From contig CAVNZM010000003.1 in assembly GCA_963693365.1 (NCBI GenBank), positions 6,579,448 to 6,643,447 of the forward strand: DNA of 64,000 nt. Reading direction: 5' to 3'. Numbering within the stretch: position 1 is the stretch's first letter; each line of letters starts with the position of its first letter. Positions 51,612 to 63,016 of this stretch are shown here, one piece after another. The translations under genes and the position numbers were made by a program. Below the pieces are notes generated by a model. That model was not told the origin of the DNA and did not search any database. It saw nothing but the letters and a program-made list of their open reading frames with translations. The DNA comes from Amoebidium appalachense (taxonomy: Eukaryota > Protista > Ichthyosporea).

Positions 51612-52805
51612 CTCTCCCCTCCCCCCGTCCCCACCTGCCCCTTGTCATAGGATGTCCCATCATTATAGTCTGTTTGTGTGTGTGCTGCTTTTTGTCTTGT
51701 CGGTGTTTGTTGATCTACAGGCGATACATCAACATGTAAGGCACTGTAGGCCTCCCCCACCACGCCCCCCTCCTCCCTTCTCCTTGCGGTGTCCCTATCT
51801 ACGCACCCCTCGTTTTGCCAATTCATCTTGGCTTCCCCTGTACCCGCCCTCGTACTCCAATTGTATCGTATCGATGTGCTGACGAACAACGGGCGTTCGT
51901 GTGATGGATGAACGGGACTATTGGGCCACACAAGCACACATACAAAATGGCTGGGCACACACCCCCATGCTCGTGGCACACCCACTGATGACTGATACAT
52001 ACACAAACTCCCTCAGTAATACTGTACCAACTATAACGTGTATCTGATTGGTTGGGAGCATGTTGATGCTGGTATCTGATTGGCCTACTGCAGGATGGGG
52101 GTTGCTGAGCTGAGCTGCCACGGCATGTCGGAGTTGGTGGACCAGGGGCCACAGGTCGGTGTTTAATTTTAATTTTTAAATTTTAACACTTGAACTTTAT
52201 TTCCTTCATTATTTGTCTCCTTTTTCTTTCCTTTTATAATATGCGGCCGCCTCCCTCCCCCTCCCCCCCCTCCCCAATCACGATCACGGCCCTGCCCGCT
52301 TTGCAATCTGCATTGGGTCAGCCGTCATGAATGTGTATCTCCTACTCAGTAAAAAGTATCCCCCCCCCCCTCCCCCCCCCCCCCCCCTCCCCCCCTCCCC
52401 CCCCCCCCCCCCCCCCCCCCCAGGCCACCACCCACCCACCCACCCACCCACCCCACTCGGGAAACAAAACCAAAAAGGAAAAAGAAAAACCGGAGAAAAA
52501 CGAAAAGGCCAGAGAGAGAGGAGATACGGGGGGGAAAGGGGGAAGGGGGGGAGAGGGGGGAAGAGATAGAGAGGAAGAGAAAGAGAATGTGGTGAGGGGG
52601 ATCCGGACAGCCTGTGGGGTTTGTGTATGAACACGTGCATGTGGGAGGGCTAAAGCTACAAGTAACGAGTGGAATGGGGCTGACGGGGGTTCTAACACTG
52701 AAATTTCACTCACAGGAGAGGTGGCTGAAACTTGAGCGCCAATACAAGGAGAAGGTCAGTGGGGAGATCTTGGTGGTCTTCGAAGTTTGCACTGCCCCCT
52801 TCTGA
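41833..52805 (+). CDS. TerD-domain plus Ca2+-binding C2-domain fusion protein (~348 aa, 12 exons; first exon tentative)
   Basis: Exons 41833-41844 (tentative), 43256-43327, 44033-44143, 45134-45197, 46474-46665, 47428-47574, 48216-48271, 48808-48882, 49525-49618, 51491-51563, 52094-52154, 52716-52805 join in frame. TerD motifs YELSKME...LGLSWD..CDIDAHC, HSGDNLTGEGGGDDEQITMNFEKLPKDVEHLMF, GWKMTAMG. C2 motifs VVKGRDLAAKDKGGTSDPYVKV, KTKTVKRSLNPVWD, EVYDWDMVGKHDKMG. Confidence 0.88.
43855..44020. repeat. Degenerate ~20-21-bp minisatellite (cccaatttccgagtgttttg-like) just upstream of a TerD exon acceptor
   Basis: About 8 imperfect units visible. Confidence 0.75.
50310..51482. repeat. 21-bp minisatellite (cacctgcctaatatggccata) split in two (50310-50416 and 51362-51482) by a transposon insertion
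   Basis: Same unit on both sides of the AT-rich insert; the register is restored when the insert and one TSD copy are removed. Confidence 0.85.
50417..51361. mobile_element. Non-autonomous TIR DNA transposon with CAC...GTG termini and a 4-bp TSD (Chapaev-like), ~945 bp, intronic
   Basis: Left end cacctcgtctgaaagcaacgcgattttagccgtacggca versus reverse complement of right end caccttgtctaaaagctaagccgtattagccgcaccggca. TACC at 50413-50416 and 51362-51365. Internal 103-bp tandem duplication at 50934-51139. Confidence 0.75.
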
Positions 52806-53566
52806 AGAACCCCCCCCCCCCCCCCCCTCTCCTTACCCTTTTTTCATGCAATTACACGCGCCCCTCGCGGTTTCCCACCTCTCCTACACCTCTTCTGTAA
52901 CTGTAAAAACCTGAAATCGGCTTGTCCATATAAGGCAATTCATGTGTGTAGGGTCGAATTCGAAGTTGATTGTTACTTAAGCTACAATAATAGATGGTGT
53001 CTATGCAATGTAATTGCATAAGTATGGTGGAGGTACCAAACATTATGTAGTGTTTTCTAAATTTCGGATTTTGGGGGGGAGGGGGTTCATGGGGTGGGGA
53101 TGAAATGTAGATCAATCTGATTAATTATGGCTGAAATAATAATTAGTAGCCTAACGGTATGCAAGTGTGTTGGGTAATTTACCACCTAGCTTTCTCTTGG
53201 AAAAAAATTGATTTTAGGCGGGGACTCTTGTAATTGTGATGTGCAGATTTCCCCATTACAATGTACATTATAATCTGGTGTTGTGTTGCAAGTATAGGGC
53301 AGTAATATGGACTTAGTGGATTTATTTCCATTTTTGGTCGGTGCTATTTGTATGTGATTAGAGACTTTAGCCCGGCCGAAACTTTTGGCCATATTATCTT
53401 CTTTGGGTTTATGCCGGGGTATGTCTTGTGCATATTCACTTAAGGATAATAAACCATTCTTCACTCGGCATGCACATGCATGTGGTCCTTGTGATATTGT
53501 GTCGGTGTGTGCATGTATCTGCATCTCTACGTGTGCGCGTGCGTGTGCAGGCAGACTAAGCATGTT

Positions 53567-53622
<56 letters not shown>

Positions 53623-53946
53623 TGTGTGTGCCTGGTTCACAGCACGTAACAAATCAACAAATTGGTGAAGAGGTTTGAGCTCAACCGTGCGCGTCTTTGC
53701 CGATGTTTAAGGGAAAAAGGTGGGGTGAGGTGGTATGTGTGTGCTTGGCCGTTAGAGAAGAAGGAGGGGAGGGGGGGAGGAGGGGGAAGTTAACTGCCTA
53801 TTTCCCTTTCTGCCGTTCTTATTTTATTAGACTAGTAGGATTATAATAGTAGCCATGGCCACCCAAAGTTAAACGGGCCATCCTCCCCTCCCCCCCCCAC
53901 CCTCCCCTCCCGGCCCCAACCCGCCCCCTCCCCCTCCCCCCCCCCC

Positions 53947-54012
<66 letters not shown>

Positions 54013-54295
54013 CCCCCACCTCTCCTTCCCACCAGATTTGACACAGGAGCGCACACGGTGGGCCAAAATATTTCTGGAAAATAGGGCCAGTAAGACTCAC
54101 ATGGACACACACAGTACGCTGTACACAAACTATTCACATATTGCAGCACACAATCACACGCACACATAGAGTGATGCTCATACCACCACTAATATAACAC
54201 ACTCACACACCAGTGTCGGTGTGCACCCGGACACACTCGTGCACACACGCACACACGTATCCACACACACAGGGCAGGTGTCCTGCACGCACGTG

Positions 54296-54335
<40 letters not shown>

Positions 54336-55257
54336 GCACACACACACCATATTGTGATTCATGTCTGGGTGTGACTTTCAGCGGTCCTACTCGACTTGAG
54401 CACGGCAATTCTGAGTCAATGCAATCCAGGGGTGAATTTTTTAAGAGTAGTTCGGTATCATGCACGCTTTTCCATAGTGCACACGAATTAGGCATTAGAC
54501 TATTACCTACACGTTACATGCGCATAAGTTCCGTGTACACGGTGACACTGTATGCCGCTCTGTGAATGTAAATACATAGCCTAAATTGAGGCGCTCCACA
54601 CGTGTTGCACGTTCTTTACTCCTCGTATCTGTTTTAAGTATTTATTACTCTCTTTTAGCCAGATACTATTACTAGTACCGTGACAATGTTTACCATGCTC
54701 TACCTCTCTGCACCGTTGCATCATCCGTTCTATTACTACCAGAAAACGAGAGACCAAACTGCATGCGTTAAATTTGAAAGGGAAATGATTCAACTGCACA
54801 CAAACCAAGTACACATGCCGAGATAAGAGCCCACTGCGGCATCAGCACTATTACTTCAATGGTTTTGTCTCCACAGGCACACGTGTGCACACACTCGCGT
54901 ACAGTTTCTAAGGGGTACGCACACATATGTAACACACAGATGTTTCCTTCTACTGTATTGTCGTCCTTTTGTGCTTCACTGCAGTGAATATGGGCACAAA
55001 AAGTACAGCCCAGCACCTTTCAAATGATTCTCTGACTCGGTGATTCTTTTCTAAATGATTTCGTGAGTAGCTCAGCTAAAGCAACCACTCATCCCTTACC
55101 CTAGTAACCCAGTTAAAGCAACAACATACACGCAAACGCATATAGCTAGCCAAGTTAAAGCAACAACTCACACTGTACTCCACACTTATAAACCAGAGTA
55201 ACACCCCACACCTAAATTCTTAACCCCTATAATCCAATTAAAGCATCACCACACCCC

Positions 55258-56307
55258 CTATGGCCCCTCGACCCTTCCATCCGCATGTTTTGCAAATCTC
55301 CCCTCATCCCTCGGGTGCACCATCTCATCCCTGGGCCACGGCCACCCCCCATACTCCGTCTCCCTATACTCCTGGTATGCCTCCATCACCTCCCTCTGCG
55401 TGTTCATGACGAATGGCCCATGCCGTGCAATGGGTTCTTTAATGGGCCTGCCCTGAAGCACTAGGATCTCGGCCCTCTCCGACCCGTCATTCGTTACAGT
55501 GATCGCCGCGTCCGACCTAGTTTCCACGCATTGGTGTCCCGTTAGTTTTCGATCGTTAAACTGCATTGAAACCCCCTCGTAAAAGTAGAGATTTCGGCTC
55601 AGTCCCGGTGCCGATGCCGGGAGTTGCCAATTTGCACCGGGGTCCATTCTAATGACCCAAATTGCAACGTGGTTTTCGCTGTCGTGCGCCCACGAGTGCA
55701 CTGGTGGTGCAAGAGGGGTTCTATCACCATAGGCCCCCGCAATAACCGTAATTTCAGTCTTTTTGCCGTTTTCGTCTTTTTCCGTTACCTTCGGTATCTT
55801 TTCGCTCCACAACATTGCAAACCCCGGGTCTACTAGCTTGTTTCTAGCCGGGAGGTTTATCCATATTTGGTAAGACTCCTGGGTGTTTCCCCCCGTCTTA
55901 TTCCTTAAAGGAAACATCTCCGAGTGCGATGTTCCCTTTCCAGCCGTTAACCACAAGGCATCCCCGTCCCCAAACCTTACCGCCGCTCCCTGTGTGTCCG
56001 TATGATCACACATACCCCTCCTCACAAAGGTTACCGTTTCGAACCCTTTGTGCGGGTGTTGCGGAAAACCGGGAATTTTGGTCCCGTGGTACATGCGCCA
56101 GCCGTCTTTTCCTTCGAAGTCCATTCCGATTCGCCGATTTCCCAGGAATGCGTCCGGGCCCATGTCGTCGTTTGCTTTTGGATATTTGTCCTCGTGATAT
56201 ACAGCCATTAGGAAGGGGTCTTGGGTGGGCCATGGGAACCGCATGGGCTGAGTGCTGATGATGGCGGTGGGGTCGTAGGTTCGTCGTCCTGTGGTGGAAT
56301 GCACCAT
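55258..56307 (-). CDS. Pirin-family (bicupin, Fe-binding) protein, intronless, 349 aa
   Basis: DPFL motif, GFPQHPHKGFETVT (HxH), WLTAGKGTSHSEMFP (HxE), QIWINLP, GRPIKEPIARHGPFVMNT: pirin N- and C-domain signatures with all four metal ligands. Confidence 0.93.
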   Translation of the reverse strand: MVHSTTGRRTYDPTAIISTQPMRFPWPTQDPFLMAVYHEDKYPKANDDMGPDAFLGNRRIGMDFEGKDGWRMYHGTKIPGFPQHPHKGFETVTFVRRGMCDHTDTQGAAVRFGDGDALWLTAGKGTSHSEMFPLRNKTGGNTQESYQIWINLPARNKLVDPGFAMLWSEKIPKVTEKDENGKKTEITVIAGAYGDRTPLAPPVHSWAHDSENHVAIWVIRMDPGANWQLPASAPGLSRNLYFYEGVSMQFNDRKLTGHQCVETRSDAAITVTNDGSERAEILVLQGRPIKEPIARHGPFVMNTQREVMEAYQEYRETEYGGWPWPRDEMVHPRDEGRFAKHADGRVEGP

Positions 56308-56475
56308 ATATGGTAAGTTTTTGGTTATGTGGCTTGCTTTAAGTGGAATTGTTGTGGACTATTAGCTACTTAAAGCTACCATATGAGAGATGGATGTATT
56401 CAAGTAGGGGTGCAGACTGAGAGCGTGAAGGCACGGGGGTAAGAGAGGGAGGGAGGGTGAGGAGAGGGGCACGGT

Positions 56476-56506
<31 letters not shown>

Positions 56507-56958
56507 GGGGGGGGGGAGGAGGAAGGGGGGGGGAGGGGATGGGGGGGGGGGGGGGGGTTAGTGGAGAAGAGAATAAGGTAGGTAGGAAGTAGTAGTTGTC
56601 ACGGAATGGGATAAGGGTGGGTGGGTGGGGGCCCCCGAGGTGGGGGGCGGGGGAGGGGGAGGAGGGGGCAAGGGGGGGAGGGGGGAGGGGAAGGGCCGGG
56701 GTGTGCGGATTAGGAGGGAAGAGGGAGCCTAGTGTGTGGATTGTATTGTATGTGTGCTGGGGGGGCTGGGGCGGGGGGGGGGGGGGGGGGGGGGGGAGGG
56801 CGGAGGAGTAGGATACAAAATCAGTGTACACACGTGTGCACGTGTATATAAGGGGGAGGGGGGAAGGGGGGAAATAAGAGTGTGTGTGTGCGGGTCACTG
56901 TGGGTGCGTGTTTGTGTTTGGGTTGGGTGGGTGGTGGGTGGATGGTGGTAGTGGTTTT

Positions 56959-57012
<54 letters not shown>

Positions 57013-57384
57013 CTTCAATAACCTGATGCATGTTAGGGTGCAAAATGCACAATTCATTTATTCGTGGCTGGATTATGCAAACACAAACAAGAAAACAAGA
57101 AAAGGGAGAGATCAAACAAGAGCGCACCTCTAGAGTCTGCAGCACACATATGTTCTGCTAAGAACGGGTATTCTTCCTTCATGCCTCCATTACAGGCTGG
57201 GTGGGTGTGTTGACCGCATGCAAGAGGGAAATCTCTACAAAACAACAGCGCAAACAACAGGCACACGCGTAGACAACCTGAATGAGATTGAAATGGTAAG
57301 CAGGCGAGAGTATGCACACGTTAGATTTAAGTGTGGATTATCGGATTGTGATTTACAGAGAGTAAATGCATGTGTATATATGTG

Positions 57385-58865
57385 CACACCCACTGTAACA
57401 CACACAACACTTGGTGCAACTAACTAAACTACCCCCTCGGCTTCAGTTCCGTGCAATGAAATGCTGGCATATGGGAAATCGGTCCGGGTCAGTGACCTCG
57501 GATCGATAGAGCAACGGTATGGGATCGTACCGCGTGGTTCGGAAACCCGCGGCCCGCACCTCCACCACCTCTTGTATAGCAACTCTGGCGTCTACCTCAT
57601 GGTAGACTAGCCGGACATAATTATAGGTCAGCCAGAGCAGACTGCCTAAAAAAATCAAGTCCCCAGCCAGAGGCTCAGAACATGGGTGCAGTAGGTCCAT
57701 AACCAAGCGCTTACCCAGATCGGCCAAAAGGCATTGCCGCTGGGGGACAGCGACTGCTATATTTTATGACACCTATACCATATTGTTGGTGTTATGTTTC
57801 CCCATATGGTCGAAAAGAGGGTAGAGTTGGCTCGTAAGCGGTTAGCTTTCTTCTCGGCTAATATTTTTAAACACACACCCCTCCATCCTTCTATTCGACT
57901 TAAATTTATTCGCACTTTTGTCTTCCCGGCATGTGAATATGGTTTACCCCTTCTCGCCGCTTGGATCAAGAAAGGAGAACTAGAGCGCTTAAACCCTTGG
58001 CAAATTTCCTTGAAGCAGAAGTTGCCTCCTTTCTATCTAACAACTGTTGTAAACCTGGGCCTGTAACGCTCTCGATATATGGTCTGGTCCCAATAGCTGC
58101 TAGAGTATCCTATCTCGCGCTGAAATTCAATAAGCACATAAGCCGCTTAAAGAAGTATTTGCCCTCCCACCCTCTCTTCTCTATCCGACCTGTCCCCTCC
58201 TCACCTCTCCCCTCTTTCCTCCCCTCTCTCTCCCATTCTCCCCCGGGCACAAATACAAATAAACCCCGCAATAGTGTGTGTGTGACTTTGGACTGCCACT
58301 TACTTATTAAACATGTACACAATCACAAGATAATCACGCAATATAACAAATGGAAAAAGATACCACACGACACTAGACCTGATGAAAGCATACACCTTGA
58401 AAAACTAAGCCTTATGTCTCGTTTTATATATACTGACCGCCTCAACCATATTGCCAAATATGGCACTCGCAAATGTATAACACCTAAATACATATTACCT
58501 TCCTGTAGAACTGGTCTTTCTCTAGCTGATGGTATTATTGATCAATTACCACGCTTTTACTGTACACGTGCTATACAGTGGAGATCTAATAAGTATAAGG
58601 TGGCATCGTTTGCATGCCCAAACAACACACACACACACCAGTTTAACCGGTCATGTATCGCCAAATGTAGTTTGATAGACCACATAATACCGCAACACAC
58701 ACACGTTACATTCACAACAGACACCCAGAAAGATAGCCTACCTGTAAATTACAACATCCTTGATTTTATACTAAACACGCGTAACTACGACCTGTTTATT
58801 AGATGTATTGATTGGCTTGAGAAACACATCACTACAAAATTATAGCGCACGCGCACACACACACA

Positions 58866-58898
<33 letters not shown>

Positions 58899-59341
58899 CC
58901 AGCTGATACCGAGTGTCCCGAGGGGAGCCCCTTAAAAAAAAAGAAAAAAAAAAAGAAAAAAAGAAAAAAAGGGGAACCCCAACTAATTGATTTCTCCTTG
59001 TAGTCTTTATGGTGTCTCGTAGAGAAAGTAAACCCTGATATATAGTCACCACCCGACATCTATGTACGTGATCATGATATACCGCTGAGGGGATATTCCG
59101 AGCAAACCCCCCCCCCATACCTGAGACTGGTTCTCTTTGCCTCGAGTAAACAGCGTAAACCCCCTATACCATATCAACCCACCTGCGTTGGCACCATTCT
59201 TTGTGACTTCTCCCGTCATTTTTGCTCTGGGAAACCGAAACAACCGCAGGGGTTCAATTTTCATTGCACGGAACTGAAGCCGAGGGGGTAGTTAAGTTAG
59301 TTGCACCAAGTGTTGTGTGTGTTATAATTACAGTGGGTGTG
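57385..59341. mobile_element. Element bounded by ~77-bp inverted repeats (MITE/Pack-TIR-like, ~570 bp once the nested LINE is removed)
   Basis: 57385-57461 cacacccactgtaacacacacaacacttggtgcaactaactaaactaccccctcggcttcagttccgtgcaatgaaa is the reverse complement of 59259-59341 apart from one mismatch and a 6-nt indel. No convincing TSD found. Confidence 0.6.
57784..59164 (+). mobile_element. 5'-truncated non-LTR retrotransposon (post-RT/thumb region and Cys/His C-terminus, one frameshift) with a 10-bp TSD
   Basis: RLKFIRTFVFPACEYGLPLL resembles the RT thumb motif of LINE ORF2; frameshift near 57990 into ORF 57961-58845 ending WRSNKYKVASFACPNN...FNRSCIAKC...ILDFILN. TATACCATAT at 57774-57783 and 59165-59174. 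A second copy lies at 11963-12658. Confidence 0.8.
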
Positions 59342-60005
59342 TGTAGCGAATGTGGCGTTTTTTCCTTGTTGTTCCGTGAATACAGTACGTAACTAATATT
59401 TGGGTTGGTTAACTCTTTGAGAACTTGCTGGCGTATGGGTTTTAAGTATACACAGTTTAAGGTAACAAAACAGTAAAATGCTATTGTTTCCCTGCAAAGC
59501 CTTTTACCTAAACGGCTTGGTCTTACAAGGCTTCCGTCAATGAATGATCATACACAGTCCTGTTTATAGGCTACCAGGTTTATCTGTGGAATGCATACCA
59601 CCTGATTAAGTAGAATGGCGATTGGATAACCATCATCTGCTTTAGATTGCGGAAAATGAAGATGTGTTTACGTGTATGTACACAAATCGCGGGTAATGCT
59701 GTGTGCTACAAATCTGCCAGTTTATATTCCAAAACATATTTTGCGCGCAAGAAGTGTGCAGTTGGTTACAGTTAATATATTTAAATATGATTCTACTTTC
59801 CGAAGAATGATAGATTCCCTAAGAAATAATGGTTGGCGGTGCGGCGCTGCCTGCAGCGATTTCTTCGAAAAAACCGAAATTTGAATTTAGAATGCTGGGA
59901 TTTTGACCGATGCCGTTTATTGGTTGGAAATGACGCGTTTGTGACGTCACGAAGCGGCGGTGACTGCCGCAGTCCCGGCTCGCCATGTGCATGGTGTCCC
60001 GAGCG

Positions 60006-60044
<39 letters not shown>

Positions 60045-60231
60045 TCTCTCTCTCTGTCTATCACCCAGCTCTCGGGCTTTCTTCTCTCTCTCCTTCTCTC
60101 AGATTTTTCTTTGCCTCGAGTAAACAGCGTAAACCCCCCCCTCTTCCTTTCTCACTCTCACGAGGCGCGTTCTACACAGAGACCCTCTCTTCTCTCTCTC
60201 TAGACCTCTCTCGCCCCCCGCGGCCGACGCT

Positions 60232-60373
<142 letters not shown>

Positions 60374-60414
60374 TCTCTCTCGCTCTCCCTCCCTCCCTCC
60401 CTCCCTCCCTCCCT

Positions 60415-60475
<61 letters not shown>

Positions 60476-60662
60476 AGAGCGCTCTCTCTCTCAGAGCTCT
60501 CTCTCTCTCTCTCTCTCTCTCTACATAGTAGACAGCTAGATCTCTCTCTCCCCCTCCCTCTCTCTTTCTGCCACACACACATTCTCTCCCTCTCTCTCTC
60601 TCTCCACACACACACGCACACACATTCGAATTCTCTCTCCCCTCCTCTCTCTCTATCTCTCT

Positions 60663-60707
<45 letters not shown>

Positions 60708-60819
60708 ATCTCTCTCTCTCTCTCTCTCCCTCTCCCCTCTCCATATCTATCTACTTAACTCTCCATTTCCGACTCTCCCTTCTCCCTCCCACCCCACGTG
60801 CACTTTGAATTTCGATCCA

Positions 60820-62003
60820 AAGAGGAGCATCCTGAAGTGAACGGGTTTGCGCGTTTGCCATATATGGCTTATCGGAGATATTCGATTGGATATCCGCGCA
60901 TCAGTGAAGACTATTACTCAACGTCTTGTTGATTTGAACCCGTTGTAGCTTGTTGAATGACGTCAGACGAGCAATCACCGAGGCGACATCAAGAGTCCGG
61001 ACAGCTGCCGACACGGACAAGAAAATAAAACTATAACATGACAGAATTGCCATGTGCCATTTCAAATGTGACAACTAAACAATTAGTGGTTTTAAAAGAA
61101 AGAATTTTATATCCCTCCTCTTCCCCCCTCAATTTTTTCGCTCATTTACCCCCCTCCCCACATGTGCCTCTAGAGCTCCTACCAGCTGATCTTTACATTT
61201 CAAGATGGCGCATGTGCTTAACTTCACACGTAGCGAGCTTCTAGACACACTACACCGATGAAAGAAGGAACTATCATCAACCTGTCCCGTATGTAATCGG
61301 CAACAGGAGCCCGTTCTACCTGAAAGCCTTGACGTGGCTTGGGAGGGGCGGGAAAGTTCAGAATGTAGCCAGCTCTGTAAGCGACATGTTTTGAAGGTGC
61401 GCAGCTAAGTACTGACCTTCTTTTTGGGTTCCCGCCTTTTTTCCTTTGTGTAATCGTTGTGTTTTCTTTCTGTAGCCGGTTGTGTGTGTGGGTGGTCCGC
61501 AGTGTTGTTGGGTTGTTGGGGTGTCTGTGGATGTGTATTTACCATTTAATAATTTTTTTTTAAAAAAAAAAAGGGGGGGGGGGGGGGGGGGAGGGGGGGA
61601 GGGGGGTCCCGGCAAACTTCATGTAATTCGACGTCTCCCTCCGCCGCCCCCCTTCTTTCCTTCTTTTTCGTGGGGCTTGATATGTGTGTGCGGGGAGGTG
61701 GATGGGAATTGAAGTGTGAAAGAGTGTAGGAAAGTGGTTTACGGCTAGAAATTGTTTCAGCGAAGTTTGCGGAGTGTTTGTTAATATTCAGTCAGTCCGA
61801 TGATGTGATCAATGAATTTTGCCGGTTTTGGTGATAAAACACAAGTGGTTGTGGAGTGTAGCAGTTGAGTAACCTTTGCTCTTTGCTGCTTGTTGGAAAA
61901 GAAAGAATCGTACAGGTAAGCTTGGGGTTGTATCTATGTGAGCGGGCCATAGTATGTGGGTTTGTTTGGTTGTGTGGGTGCGTCACGTCAAGTGTTCCAC
62001 CCG

Positions 62004-62035
<32 letters not shown>

Positions 62036-62925
62036 GAGGGAGAGAGGGGGGGGGGAAGGGGGAGAGAGAGAGAGAGAATGTGTGTGTATGTGTGTGTGTG
62101 TGTTTGCTTCTGTGTGTGTGTACATATGTGTGTGTGTGTGTGTGTTTGCCAATTTGTGTGTGCGCGCTCACGCCCGTCAGTGCGTGTGTGCGTGTGTGCG
62201 TGTGTGTGTGCACGTGTGTGTGTGCGTGTGTGTGTCCGTGTTCATGTGCGTGAGCGTGAGCGTGTGCATGTGTGTTAGTGATTGTGGGCTTGCACGTGTG
62301 CAGGCATCTGCATACTTGTTTATGTGTGTATATGTGGCTGTGGTTGTAGAGGAGGAGAGTCTGTTAGCCATTTTTCTCGCACCGAAAGAATCTAATCCAA
62401 CACATACTTTTCCTCTTTAGGTTATGCAACATTTATTGCTGGTGGCCGGGGGGGAGTCAGCGAGTGCTTGTGAGCCAGTCAGCGCCGTGCACGATCTTCA
62501 CAAGACGCTCAATGTGGATGGACATGCAGATTTGCTGGCATCCTTTGTTCAGGTTGTATTTAATTACTGTGATACTGTTTAAGTTTTTCAGGTTTATACT
62601 ATGGATTATATTTATTCAGGTTGTATTTGATATTCCCCGTGAGTTAGTAGTTGTATGCTTAGCCGTTCCCGGGCCATCCCCTTGCTTACCCGAAACCCTA
62701 CCCTCCACCATTTCCTCGCACACTCGCATACGAACAGGGGAGGTGTATGCAAGTGAGAAAGTGTTATTATTTGTGTGTTTGTGTTGCCCGTGTGTGCACG
62801 GTTATGTGTGCCCGCGCCCGCACGTGTGTTGGTATGTGTGTGCGCGCACTTGCGTGCGTGCGTGCCTGACAATGGGTGTGTGGGTGAATGCATGTATGCG
62901 TGCGTGCGTGCGTGCGTGCGCGCGC

Positions 62926-62956
<31 letters not shown>

Positions 62957-62960
62957 TGTG

Positions 62961-63016
<56 letters not shown>

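Noticed and set aside
57440-57760. Possible group I intron-like structured RNA
   Set aside because: Canonical P/Q/R/S elements (e.g. GUUCAGAGACUA, AAGAUAUAGUCC) are not present; better explained as the interior of the TIR element.
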